The position numbers were made by a program, and so were the translations under genes. 60,064 nt of DNA from an uncultured Collinsella sp. (GTDB lineage Bacteria > Actinomycetota > Coriobacteriia > Coriobacteriales > Coriobacteriaceae), in NCBI GenBank assembly GCA_900756725.1, contig CAAELJ010000155.1, positions 1 to 60,064 of the forward strand, in the 5' to 3' direction. Shown piece by piece: positions 10,898 to 20,008 of this stretch (position 1 is its first letter; each line of letters opens with the position of its first letter). Under the pieces are notes generated by a model. It was not told where the DNA came from and made no database searches. It saw nothing but the letters and a program-made list of their open reading frames with translations.

Positions 10898-11863
10898 CTA
10901 AAAATTCCTATCGAGGAAGTCGTCGACCGTGTTCCAGTAGAGCTCGGGGTCAACTTGCGCGCTCTTGGCGTGGGTGGCGCCGTGGATAGCGAGCTTCTGT
11001 TTAACCTTGCTGGCGCACGCGTCGTAGTTTTGGTCGAGCATGCTGTACGGTACAAAGGTGTCCCGGTCGCCGTGAATAAACAGCATGGGAGCTGTTGCGC
11101 GTTTGAGTTGATCCACGCTGCTCGCCGTATGAAAGTCGTAGCTCGCGCGCACGTTGCACACCAAGTTTGCTACATCGAGCAAGGGAAAGTTGGGCAGGCC
11201 GAACACGTCCTTGAGCTGCAGGGAAAACTCGTCCCAAACACTCGTATAACCGCAGTCCTCGATAATGCATTTTACGTTTGCAGGCAGAGATTCCCCCGCG
11301 ACGTTCATGGCCGTCGCCGCGCCCATCGATTCGCCAAAGATCAGGATGCGCGCCTCGGGGTCGGCCTGAACGATTCGCCCGATCCATGCGACGACGTCGA
11401 GTCGCTCGGGCCAGCCCATGCCGATATAGTCGCCGCCGGAGCGCTCATGGGCGCGGGCGGCGGGTGCGAGTACGTTCATGCCGCGGTCGTGGAAGCGCTT
11501 GACGTATCGGGCCATGCCGATGGGCTCGTCGGTGTATCCGTGCAGGCAGATAGCGTAATCGTGCGTGCTCTCCGGGCCGGCAAAATACCAAGCGGCAAGC
11601 TCGGTCCCGTCATCTGCGGTGAGGCTGCTGCTCTCGCGATGCTCTTTGAACCACGCCCGCGCCTCGACATCCTCGGCATCCATCTGCTCGTCCTTTTTGG
11701 CGTCCTTGCCGTCCTGCATCATCTTCATGGTGTACGGCGCCTGGGGGTTCAGGGCAAAGTCAAACAAAAAGTTGCCGGCAAATCCAAGCAACGTGACAAC
11801 GAGCACCAGCGCAACAAAGCCGGCTATCTTGAGCTTCCGATGGGGGCGCGTGTTTTGAGTCAT
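10898..11863 (-). CDS. Membrane-anchored alpha/beta hydrolase
   Basis: N-terminal TM, LHGY, nucleophile elbow GESMG, IHGDRD and GATH. Confidence 0.9.
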   Translation of the reverse strand: MTQNTRPHRKLKIAGFVALVLVVTLLGFAGNFLFDFALNPQAPYTMKMMQDGKDAKKDEQMDAEDVEARAWFKEHRESSSLTADDGTELAAWYFAGPESTHDYAICLHGYTDEPIGMARYVKRFHDRGMNVLAPAARAHERSGGDYIGMGWPERLDVVAWIGRIVQADPEARILIFGESMGAATAMNVAGESLPANVKCIIEDCGYTSVWDEFSLQLKDVFGLPNFPLLDVANLVCNVRASYDFHTASSVDQLKRATAPMLFIHGDRDTFVPYSMLDQNYDACASKVKQKLAIHGATHAKSAQVDPELYWNTVDDFLDRNF

Positions 11864-12049
11864 GCAGCGTTCTCCTCTAAGATGTTAATGCGTCAACAAT
11901 TAAACGAAGCGCATTATGGACGTTCGCCGTTGATGCGTCAACAAGCAAAGAATGGGTAAACAAAGGGGCACACATGGTGCAAATTTCGCACGTACCCAGA
12001 CGCTTTGATATAGTGTTGAGAACTATTTACGTTGGAGGATGTAACCGGC

Positions 12050-12733
12050 ATGTCCGATTCGAGCGACAGTTCTAAGCCGCGACCCAAGACCGCGGCCGTT
12101 CCACACTACACGGTGGGCGAGGAGATCATGAACTCCGTCACCCATGGTGTCGGCTGTCTGCTGGGTATCGCGGGCCTGGTGCTCCTGATCGTATTCGCTG
12201 CCCTGCGCGGCGGCGGCCCGGCCCACATGGCTGCGGCGATTGTCTATGGTGTCAGCATTATCCTCGAATACCTCGCCTCCACGCTCTATCACGCGATTCA
12301 GCCCGCGGGCGCCAAGCGCGTGTTTCGCATCATCGACCACAGCTGCATCTACCTGCTCATAGCCGGCAGCTATACGCCGTTTTGCCTCGTCACGCTCGCA
12401 AACGACGGCGGCCCTATGCTGTTCTTTGCCGTATGGGCCATCGCCATTATCGGCATCGCCCTCGAGTGCTTTTTGCGCGAGCGCCAGCCGCATTGGGTAA
12501 GCGGCCTGGTCTATCTGCTGATGGGCTGGCTCGTCGTCTTTAAGCTGCCCGAGCTCGTGTCGCTGCTCAACCCCGTGGCGCTTGCCCTGCTCGCCGTCGG
12601 CGGCGTGTGCTACACCGTGGGCGTGCCGTTCTATATCGCCAAAAACGTGCGCTATCTGCACAGCGTGTTTCACTTGTGGGTGCTCGCCGGCAGCATCTTC
12701 CAGTTCATGGCGGTGATTCTCTTCGTAATCTAG
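12050..12733 (+). CDS. Hemolysin III / PAQR family membrane protein
   Basis: EEIMNSVTH, STLYH, DHSCIYLLIAGSYTP and HSVFHLWV motifs. Confidence 0.93.
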   Translation: MSDSSDSSKPRPKTAAVPHYTVGEEIMNSVTHGVGCLLGIAGLVLLIVFAALRGGGPAHMAAAIVYGVSIILEYLASTLYHAIQPAGAKRVFRIIDHSCIYLLIAGSYTPFCLVTLANDGGPMLFFAVWAIAIIGIALECFLRERQPHWVSGLVYLLMGWLVVFKLPELVSLLNPVALALLAVGGVCYTVGVPFYIAKNVRYLHSVFHLWVLAGSIFQFMAVILFVI

Positions 12734-12843
12734 CGACCACGCCTGCGCGCCCGCGTCCTCGTTTGGGCGCCGGTGCAATTGCCGTATCCGTCATCAACGT
12801 TTTACCCTGACGTCCCGAATCTTGGAGGTTCGAGAAACTCCCG

Positions 12844-14217
12844 ATGGACATAACCATCTCCCTTATCACCACCCTCGTTTTGACCCTCATCAACGGCTAC
12901 TTCTCTATGTCCGAGATGGCTCTCACCACGGCTAAGCGCGCCGTGTTGGAGCACGATGCCGAGGAGGGCGATAAACGCGCCGAGCGCGCCGTCCAGCTTG
13001 CCGCCGATTCCGACCAGCTGCTCGCCACCATCCAGGTCGCCATCACGCTCGTGGGCTTTGCCTCGTCCGCTGTTGCCTCGACGAGCCTGTCCGACCCGCT
13101 TGCCGCGTGGCTCACGAGCTTTGGCATCGCGCCGCTCTCCGCCATCGCGCGCGGCCTGGCGCCGGTCATCATCACCGTCGCCGTCGCCTTTGTGTCCATT
13201 GTGATCGGCGAGCTCGTGCCCAAGCGCATCGGCCTGGCCAATGCCGAAGGCGTGTCCAAGCAGGTCGTGGGCCCGCTTTCCGTGTTCCAAAAGATCGCCC
13301 GTCCGCTCGTGTGGCTGACCGGTGCCTGCTCCGACGGCCTGGCTCGCATCCTGCGCATCAAGAGCGCCGACGACCGCCAGAACGTCTCGGAGGAAGAGAT
13401 CAAGTACATGGTCTCGGAGCAAGACGACCTGCTCGACGAGGAAAAGCGCATGATCCACGAGATCTTCGACCTGGGTGACACCGTTGCCCGCGAGGTCATG
13501 GTGCCGCGCGTGGACACCACCATGTGCGAGGACGACGAGACGGTCGCCGACGTGTTGTCCACCATGCGCCAGACCGGCTTTAGCCGCATCCCCGTCTATC
13601 ACGAGGATCCCGACAACGTCGCGGGCATCGCGCACATTAAGGACCTGATTCAGCCCGCGCTCGACGGCAAGGGCGACCGGCCCATCGCCAGCTATTTGCG
13701 CGACGCCACCTTTGTGCCCGACACCAAGGACATCCTGCCGCTGCTGTCCGAGATGCAGACCTCGCACGACCAGATCGTGGTCGTCGTGGACGAGTACGGC
13801 GGCACGGCCGGCATCATCACCATCGAGGACATCGTCGAGGAGATCGTCGGTGAGATCGAGGACGAGTTCGACCCCGACAACAAGTACCTCACGCGCCTTT
13901 CGCGCCGTGAGTGGCTCGTCGATGGGCGTTTTTCGTGCGATGACGCGATTGAGCTTGGTTGGCCGCTCGAGGAAAGCGATGATTATGAGACCATCGCCGG
14001 CTGGATTTTGGAGCTTTGCGACTCGGTGCCCGACATCGGAGAGGTGTTTGAGGTCGCGGGGTACAAGTTCAAGGTACAGTCGATGCGTGGCCAGCGCATC
14101 TCGCTCATTCGCGTGATCGCTCCGGCCGAAACCGATAAGAAGGATTCCGAGTCCTCGGCAGAGAAGCCGGCGGCGTCGGGTGCGGGTTCTGCGGACCCGC
14201 ACGACGGCGACGAGTAG
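12844..14217 (+). CDS. CNNM/CorC (hemolysin-like, DUF21-CBS-CorC) transporter
   Basis: FSMSEMA, GELVPKRI, EVMVPR, FSRIPVY and VDEYGGTAGIITIEDIVEEIVGEI motifs. Confidence 0.93.
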   Translation: MDITISLITTLVLTLINGYFSMSEMALTTAKRAVLEHDAEEGDKRAERAVQLAADSDQLLATIQVAITLVGFASSAVASTSLSDPLAAWLTSFGIAPLSAIARGLAPVIITVAVAFVSIVIGELVPKRIGLANAEGVSKQVVGPLSVFQKIARPLVWLTGACSDGLARILRIKSADDRQNVSEEEIKYMVSEQDDLLDEEKRMIHEIFDLGDTVAREVMVPRVDTTMCEDDETVADVLSTMRQTGFSRIPVYHEDPDNVAGIAHIKDLIQPALDGKGDRPIASYLRDATFVPDTKDILPLLSEMQTSHDQIVVVVDEYGGTAGIITIEDIVEEIVGEIEDEFDPDNKYLTRLSRREWLVDGRFSCDDAIELGWPLEESDDYETIAGWILELCDSVPDIGEVFEVAGYKFKVQSMRGQRISLIRVIAPAETDKKDSESSAEKPAASGAGSADPHDGDE

Positions 14218-14241
14218 GGCAAGGAAGAGTAGGGGAGAGTT

Positions 14242-15075
14242 ATGGCAGGCCTGTTCAACATCCTTAAGGTCACCGTCAGCGAGGACAAGATTTGCGCGCA
14301 CGTGCTGGTGAGCCCCGGCATGCCGCTCATGACCTCGGAGGATATCGAGGCCACGGCGCGCGTGTACTACCTGGTGCCGGCGATTGCCAAGCACCTGTGC
14401 CTGGGCGATTCGGGTCGCGAGTTCCAGGACTGCATGGGCCAGACCGAGCTTTGCCACCTGCTAGAGCACGTGACGGTCGAGCTCATGAACGAGACCGGTC
14501 TTGCCGGCAGCATCTCGTGCGGCCGCACCCGCGTGAGCGAGCACGACGAGCGCGTCTTTGAGGTTGAGCTTTCGTGTCCCGACGACGCGCTGGCCATTGG
14601 CGCGCTGTCGTCGGCGACCTTTATGATGGACTGGGCGTACCTGCACGCCGACCAGCCCGCCCCTGATGTGGACGGTACGGTCGCGGGCCTGCGCAACCTG
14701 GTGCTGGGCATGCGTGCCGAGGCCGAGGGCAAGGACCCGCACGAGGCCGTTGCCGCTGCGAACGGCGAAGATGCTGCCGAGGACGGGGGCGCTGACGAGG
14801 GTGATGTGCCGGTCGACGCCGAGCCCGTTGCCGAGGCGTCTGCTGAGCCCGAGACTGCGGAGCCCCAGGGCGTCCCGAGCTTTGACGACGAGCCGCAGAT
14901 GCCAATCGATACCGAGGGCGCGGTCGCTGAGAACCACGAGGCCCCCGCGGCCGTCTTTGGCGGTGCGGCAACGGCTCCGTCCGGCTCGGCGCACGAGGGC
15001 AACCTGCCGCTCGTCGATGGCGCCGGCGAGGATCCGGCCGCCACGGTCGCCATGCCTGCCATGCCGCAGGAGTAG
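14242..15075 (+). CDS. Stand-alone cyanophycin-synthetase N-domain-like protein with acidic tail
   Basis: P-x4-H-x-C53...H72-L-L-E75-H76-x3-E-L...GRTR resembles the CphA1 N domain. The C-terminal ~110 aa are Glu/Asp/Ala/Pro low complexity. Confidence 0.65.
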   Translation: MAGLFNILKVTVSEDKICAHVLVSPGMPLMTSEDIEATARVYYLVPAIAKHLCLGDSGREFQDCMGQTELCHLLEHVTVELMNETGLAGSISCGRTRVSEHDERVFEVELSCPDDALAIGALSSATFMMDWAYLHADQPAPDVDGTVAGLRNLVLGMRAEAEGKDPHEAVAAANGEDAAEDGGADEGDVPVDAEPVAEASAEPETAEPQGVPSFDDEPQMPIDTEGAVAENHEAPAAVFGGAATAPSGSAHEGNLPLVDGAGEDPAATVAMPAMPQE

Positions 15076-15211
15076 GCTCACTCGCTTATCACCATTATGT
15101 ACCTGCGCTTTTACCGTACGCAGATGAGCGCGACGGCAAGTGTTGCGCTGCGGGTATAATGGACAGCATTCAAACGGTGGGCATCGAGGTGCCCGCAGGA
15201 GAGGAATGATC

Positions 15212-15601
15212 ATGGGAAAGACTTTCAGCTTTGTCTCCGGTGCGCTCTTTGGTGCTGCCGCCGGTGCTATCATCGGCGTTGCTCTGGCCCCGCGTTCGGG
15301 TGCCGAGACCCGCGCCATGGCCGCCGATATCGCCAACGATGCCTGGGACAACATGCGTGACACCTACGAGCACAGTGCCGAGGAGGCTCGTGCCGCGGTC
15401 AACGACTTTGGTCCGATGGTCGACGCCAAGACCGATGACCTGCGCGCTAAGGTCGACCTGGCCCGCGAGCGCATGGACCAGCTTCGCGAGCAGCTCAACG
15501 ACGCCATCTCGGGCGGCAACGTGACGCCCGCTGCCGACGTCGTGGTCGAGAACGTCGCTGAGGCCGACACCGAGGCCACGGAGCCCTCGACCGAGGCATA
15601 A
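15212..15601 (+). CDS. YtxH-like protein
   Basis: FVSGALFGAAAGAIIGVALAPRSGAETR N-terminal signature. AGGAGAGG RBS. Confidence 0.85.
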   Translation: MGKTFSFVSGALFGAAAGAIIGVALAPRSGAETRAMAADIANDAWDNMRDTYEHSAEEARAAVNDFGPMVDAKTDDLRAKVDLARERMDQLREQLNDAISGGNVTPAADVVVENVAEADTEATEPSTEA

Positions 15602-16356
15602 TGCGCGCAGGGGATTTTGTCGGCGTCAAGGTTTATCGTAAGCCTGCCGAAGACAAGCGCACCAAAAAGGACGGCACGCCGCGCAGCCCTAAAAAGCTCG
15701 GCAAGATTCACTTTCCCGTCTTTACCCCGGGCGGCACGCGCGTGGTGGGCTTTATGATCCGCCAGTCCGATATCGCGGGCATGATCGAGCGCCCCGACCG
15801 CTTTGTGGCGCTCGATGCCATCGGCGTCTATGAGGGTGCTGTTGCGGTCGACGACGTCAAGGGCACCTACGATGCCGCCGCGGCCAAGCGCCTCGATATC
15901 AACCTGGACGATTGCATCATCTGGGTTGGCATGGACGTGCGCACGGAATCGGGCGATGTCGTGGGCTACTGCTCGGACGTTGAGTTCAAGCCGCGCTCGG
16001 GTATTGTGCAGACGTTCTACGTGACCGCCGGTGCCGCTTCGAGCGTGCTGGTGGGCGACACGCAGGTGCCGCCGACGATGCTGCGCGGCTACGAGAACGG
16101 CGCGATGATTGTCTCGGACGAGGTCAAGACGCTCGGGTATTCGGGCGGCGCGGCCGCCAAGGCTGCCGAGGCCAGTGTCGTGGTGGGCGATAAGGTCAAG
16201 AAGGGCGCCAAGGTGCTCGATGACAAGGGATCGGTCGCCGTGGACAAAGGCAGTCGCGCACTGGGCAAGCAGCTCGGCAAGACGCGCGGTATGTTCAAGG
16301 CCTTTAAGGACGAATATCAAAAGGCGAGCGGGGGCTCGTCAAAAGCTAGCAAATAG
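15601..16356 (+). CDS. PRC-barrel domain protein
   Basis: WVGMDVRTESGDVVGYCSDVEF PRC-like segment. TAATG stop/start overlap with the upstream gene. Confidence 0.7.
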   Translation: MRAGDFVGVKVYRKPAEDKRTKKDGTPRSPKKLGKIHFPVFTPGGTRVVGFMIRQSDIAGMIERPDRFVALDAIGVYEGAVAVDDVKGTYDAAAAKRLDINLDDCIIWVGMDVRTESGDVVGYCSDVEFKPRSGIVQTFYVTAGAASSVLVGDTQVPPTMLRGYENGAMIVSDEVKTLGYSGGAAAKAAEASVVVGDKVKKGAKVLDDKGSVAVDKGSRALGKQLGKTRGMFKAFKDEYQKASGGSSKASK

Positions 16357-16428
16357 CGACGTACCAAATGATGGGAGGCGAGCCGGAGACATGTTGCTCC
16401 GGCTCGCTGTGTTTATGGGGGAGGGCAC

Positions 16429-17835
16429 ATGCGCCAAAACGGATCTAACTTAAACGGGCGCTCGGGTGCGCGTCCGACGGCGCGCCGCGACCTGGGGCAA
16501 CTGCCCAGCGGTCAGCGTCGACGTCGCCGTAAGCCCGGCGCGATGTACCTCAACCATAGCCGTGGGTTTAGCGACCGCAGCGCGCGCATCGGCAACGGGC
16601 GCTCGCCGCGTCGACCGTCCCGTCTGCCTTATGCGCTCATCGCCGTGGGTTGCGCGCTCGTGCTGTTTATCGCTGCCGTCGTGGGCTACGTCAACCGCAG
16701 CGTGGACGTGGAACTCAACGGGCAAAAGACCGCGGTGCGCGTGGGCTCTACGTTGCAGAATCTTATCGACGATCAAAGCCTGACCGAAACGTACGACGCC
16801 GGCGATCTGCTGGCCGTCGACGACAGCGTGCTCAAGCGCCATGGCGGCGAAAAGCTGTCGGTGAAGGTCGACGGCAAGCGCGTGAAGCAGGGCAAATGGG
16901 ATAGCCGTGAACTTGAGGGCGGCGAGAAGGTGACGGTCAAGGACGGCCGCAGCGCGTATGAAAAGCACGAGGTCCAGGCCACGACTATCGAGCCAAAGCT
17001 CAAGGTCGAGGGCGCGGGTGCCATTGAGTATGTCAAAACCTGGGGCGTTCAGGGCCGCTCCGAGGTATGGGTCGGCGAGCAGTCGGGCAAGACGCAGGAC
17101 CGCGGCGAGGTCGTGCCCGCCACCGACTGCGTAGTCGAGTGCGCAAGCGTGGCGCCCAAGGGCAACGAAAAGTACGTGGCCCTGACATTTGACGAGGGTC
17201 CGAGCGGCGCGACCAAGCAGATCTTGCAGGTGCTCAAGGAAAAGGGCGTCACGGCGACGTTCTTCCTTTCGGGCGATGCCGCGGAAGCCTCGCCCGCTAC
17301 TGCCAAAGCGATTGCCGATGCCGGGCGCGAGATCGGCTCCAACAGCTACAGCGATGATTCGCTCAAGGGCGAGGATCGCGAGACGGTGCGCAAGCAGATC
17401 ACGAAGGGCACCGAGGCGATTAAGTCGGCGACCGGCGTCGAGACGATGTTGCTGCGTGCCCCCTACGCCGCGTTTGACGAGCAAAACTGGATCGACTCGA
17501 TGGACCTGGTGTCCGCCGTGGTTTCGTGGAATATCGATTCGGGTGACTGGCTGCTCAACGGCGCTGACGAGCAGGTATCGACCGTGCTCGACTCGGTGAC
17601 GCCGGGCAATATTGTGCTGCTCACCGATAGCGATGAGTGCGCCGAGCAGACGCTCGAGGCGCTGCCGCAGATTATCGACGGGCTTATTGCCGACGGCTAC
17701 AAAATCGTGACATTGAGTGATCTGGTCAAGACGGATACATCGCTGAGCAAAAAGCTCACCTCGCTGACGAAGGCCGCCATGCCCAAAAACGCCGTGTTCC
17801 CCCAGCTCGCCGAAGATGACGACACCACAGACTAG
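16429..17835 (+). CDS. Membrane-anchored CE4 polysaccharide deacetylase homologue, probably catalytically inactive
   Basis: VALTFDEGP, ATFF, RAPY and WNIDSGDW NodB motifs. The metal-binding and catalytic His residues are absent. Confidence 0.8.
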   Translation: MRQNGSNLNGRSGARPTARRDLGQLPSGQRRRRRKPGAMYLNHSRGFSDRSARIGNGRSPRRPSRLPYALIAVGCALVLFIAAVVGYVNRSVDVELNGQKTAVRVGSTLQNLIDDQSLTETYDAGDLLAVDDSVLKRHGGEKLSVKVDGKRVKQGKWDSRELEGGEKVTVKDGRSAYEKHEVQATTIEPKLKVEGAGAIEYVKTWGVQGRSEVWVGEQSGKTQDRGEVVPATDCVVECASVAPKGNEKYVALTFDEGPSGATKQILQVLKEKGVTATFFLSGDAAEASPATAKAIADAGREIGSNSYSDDSLKGEDRETVRKQITKGTEAIKSATGVETMLLRAPYAAFDEQNWIDSMDLVSAVVSWNIDSGDWLLNGADEQVSTVLDSVTPGNIVLLTDSDECAEQTLEALPQIIDGLIADGYKIVTLSDLVKTDTSLSKKLTSLTKAAMPKNAVFPQLAEDDDTTD

Positions 17836-17861
17836 TCATGTAAGAACGTCCCCAATGACTA
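17833..17861 (+). repeat. REP-like hairpin, family 1
   Basis: TAGTCATG-TAAGAACGTCCCC-AATGACTA, overlapping the stop codon. Confidence 0.8.
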
Positions 17862-17935
17862 TGTCACGGATGCGTCAGCGTTTGGTATGCCTGCGATGTT
17901 TGGAGCATAAATTTGGCGCCACGGCGCGATGCTGA

Positions 17936-18150
17936 TGCTATAGTTACTGCGGATAACAAGGGTCAAGAGAAAGGCTGCAGGTGAAATCCAAACCTCGACC
18001 ATACAGTCGATGACCCCATGCAGGTGCTTCTTGCGCATGTACGGGGTGTGAGCGCCGAGCGGCGTGCCGCCCGCGCATGCGTATACATATCTAAAAGTCC
18101 ACGGACGGCGTGCCGGCATGGCCGCAGTCCGAAGGGATAATGATGGGGAG
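17936..18150 (+). promoter_or_regulatory. Extended -10 promoter plus ~200-nt structured leader, possible divergent M-box (ykoK) Mg2+ riboswitch
   Basis: TGcTATAGT at 17936-17944. AGGTGA (17979) and CTAAAAGTCCACG (18091) resemble the ends of the M-box. Several stems lie between them. It is upstream of Mg2+ transport genes. Confidence 0.5.
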
Positions 18151-18155
18151 CACCA

Positions 18156-20000
18156 GTGAATTATCTGAGTGAGATGCTCAAACTGCCGGTCTTGGACGTC
18201 GATGGCGAAAAGCTCGGCGTTGTGAACGATTTTGGCATTGCTACCGGCGAAGTTTTTCCGCACGTGACGTCGCTCGCGTTCCGCGGGCCCGGCAAGACGC
18301 CGTTTATGATCAGCTGGCGTAAATGGGTCGACCGTATCGACGAGACGGGCGTACACCTTAAGTCGCCGGCCACCGAAATCCGTTTTTCGTACCTGCAGCC
18401 GACCGAACTCTTGCTCGCCCGCGACGTGCTCAACAAGCAGATTGTCGACACGCAGGGCATGAAGGTCGTGCGCGTCAACGACATTAAGTTTTCCATGTCG
18501 GGCGAAAATCAGCTGCGTCTGCTGGGTGCCGAAGTTGGCGCCCGCGGTCTGCTGCGCGCGATCAGCCCCGCACTCGAACATGTCGTCGAGAGCTTTATGA
18601 AGCACCTGGGCAAACCGCTCGGTGAGGACATCATCGCCTGGTCCTACATGGACCTGCTCGACCGTTCGACTAAAAACATCCAGCTTTCGGTGTCGCACAA
18701 GACGCTTGGCGAGCTGCACCCTGCTGACATCGCCGACATTATCGAGCAGCTCGACCCGCGCCTGCGTGCGCAGGTGTTCGCGCAGCTCGACACCGCCCAG
18801 GCCGCCGAGGCCATCTCGGAGTTCGACGACGACGAGCTTATGACCGAGATGCTCGAGGGCCTGTCCGATACGGACGCATCGTCGATGCTGGCCATGATGG
18901 ACCCGGACGACGCCGCCGACCTGATCGATGAGCTCGATTACGAGAAGGCCGAGAAGCTGTTGCGCCTGATGGGCGTTCAGGAGGAGAAGGCGATTCGTAA
19001 CCTGCTGGGCTATGAGGACAACACTGCCGGTCGCATCATGACCTCGGAGTTTGTCTCCCTGCCCGCCACGGCGACGGTCGGTGACGCTATCGAGGCGATC
19101 CGCAAGCTCGATGAGGACTTCGAGAGCGTCTACTATGTCTATACCGAGGACCCGAGCGGCATGCTCACCGGCGTCCTTTCGCTGCGCACGCTCATCGTGG
19201 CCGACCGCGATGCCACGCTGGGCCAGCTGGCCTATCGCGACCTGGTGTATGTGTCGCCCGACGATGACCAGGAAGACGTAACGGACGAGATGACCAAGTA
19301 CGACCTGGTCGCCATCCCCGTTTGCGACGAGAACCGTCACATCTTGGGTATCGTGACCTTTGACGACGCCATGGACGTTATCGCCGAGGAACACCAGGAG
19401 GACCTGCAGATCGCAGGCGTCGGCTCGGGCGATAGCGCGTCCGACGACTCGACGAATGTGCTCAGCTGGTTTGTGCATCGCCAGTACTGGGTTGTCGTGT
19501 GGGGTATTGCCTCGTGCATCATGGCAACGGTGCTGGGGACGGCACTGGGCTCCGCGCATCTGGTGGTGTTCCCCATGTGCGCCATGCCGCTCGTGCTGCT
19601 GGCGGCCTCGCGTATGGTGTCGTTCGTCAAGAACTACTTCCTGGAATACGACGGCCATGACGATGAGCCCAAGCCGTATCTGGGGTTCTTCTTCCAGAGC
19701 ACGGGCATGGGCCTGATCCTGTCGCTCGTGACCTACCTGTGCGCCCAGCTGGTGCGCACGGCCGCATTCCCAGACGCACCCATGTTTGAGGAACAGCTCT
19801 TTACCGGCTGCTTTAGCATCGCGGCCATCGTCTGCCTGATTGGCAACATGAGCGCCGTGATTTACCTGATGGTGCTGTTCTGGCGTGACGAGCACGACCT
19901 CAATACGTCGGGTACCGCCATGAACGTCATCGCCGTCATGATCTCGTGTGTGGCGTACTGCATCGCCGCGGTGCTGCTTGCCATGTCGGTCATGGGTTAG
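18156..20000 (+). CDS. mgtE: MgtE-family protein (2 PRC barrels + MgtE_N + CBS pair + divergent TM domain)
   Basis: LHPADIADII, MDPDDAADLI, YEDNTAGRIMTSEF, YYVY and LGIVTFDD motifs. GTG start with GGGGAG RBS. Confidence 0.8.
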   Translation: MNYLSEMLKLPVLDVDGEKLGVVNDFGIATGEVFPHVTSLAFRGPGKTPFMISWRKWVDRIDETGVHLKSPATEIRFSYLQPTELLLARDVLNKQIVDTQGMKVVRVNDIKFSMSGENQLRLLGAEVGARGLLRAISPALEHVVESFMKHLGKPLGEDIIAWSYMDLLDRSTKNIQLSVSHKTLGELHPADIADIIEQLDPRLRAQVFAQLDTAQAAEAISEFDDDELMTEMLEGLSDTDASSMLAMMDPDDAADLIDELDYEKAEKLLRLMGVQEEKAIRNLLGYEDNTAGRIMTSEFVSLPATATVGDAIEAIRKLDEDFESVYYVYTEDPSGMLTGVLSLRTLIVADRDATLGQLAYRDLVYVSPDDDQEDVTDEMTKYDLVAIPVCDENRHILGIVTFDDAMDVIAEEHQEDLQIAGVGSGDSASDDSTNVLSWFVHRQYWVVVWGIASCIMATVLGTALGSAHLVVFPMCAMPLVLLAASRMVSFVKNYFLEYDGHDDEPKPYLGFFFQSTGMGLILSLVTYLCAQLVRTAAFPDAPMFEEQLFTGCFSIAAIVCLIGNMSAVIYLMVLFWRDEHDLNTSGTAMNVIAVMISCVAYCIAAVLLAMSVMG

Positions 20001-20008
20001 GTGGTCGC

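Noticed and set aside
12050..14217. Haemolysin toxin locus
   Set aside because: The PAQR and CNNM families carry legacy names; their motifs indicate membrane homeostasis and metal transport.
17859..19895. 678-aa minus-strand ORF and similar long antisense ORFs (e.g. 12802-14457, 27566-29092, 37697-39283, 51815-53308)
   Set aside because: They are shadows of well-supported genes on the opposite strand, expected with high GC3, and carry no motifs.
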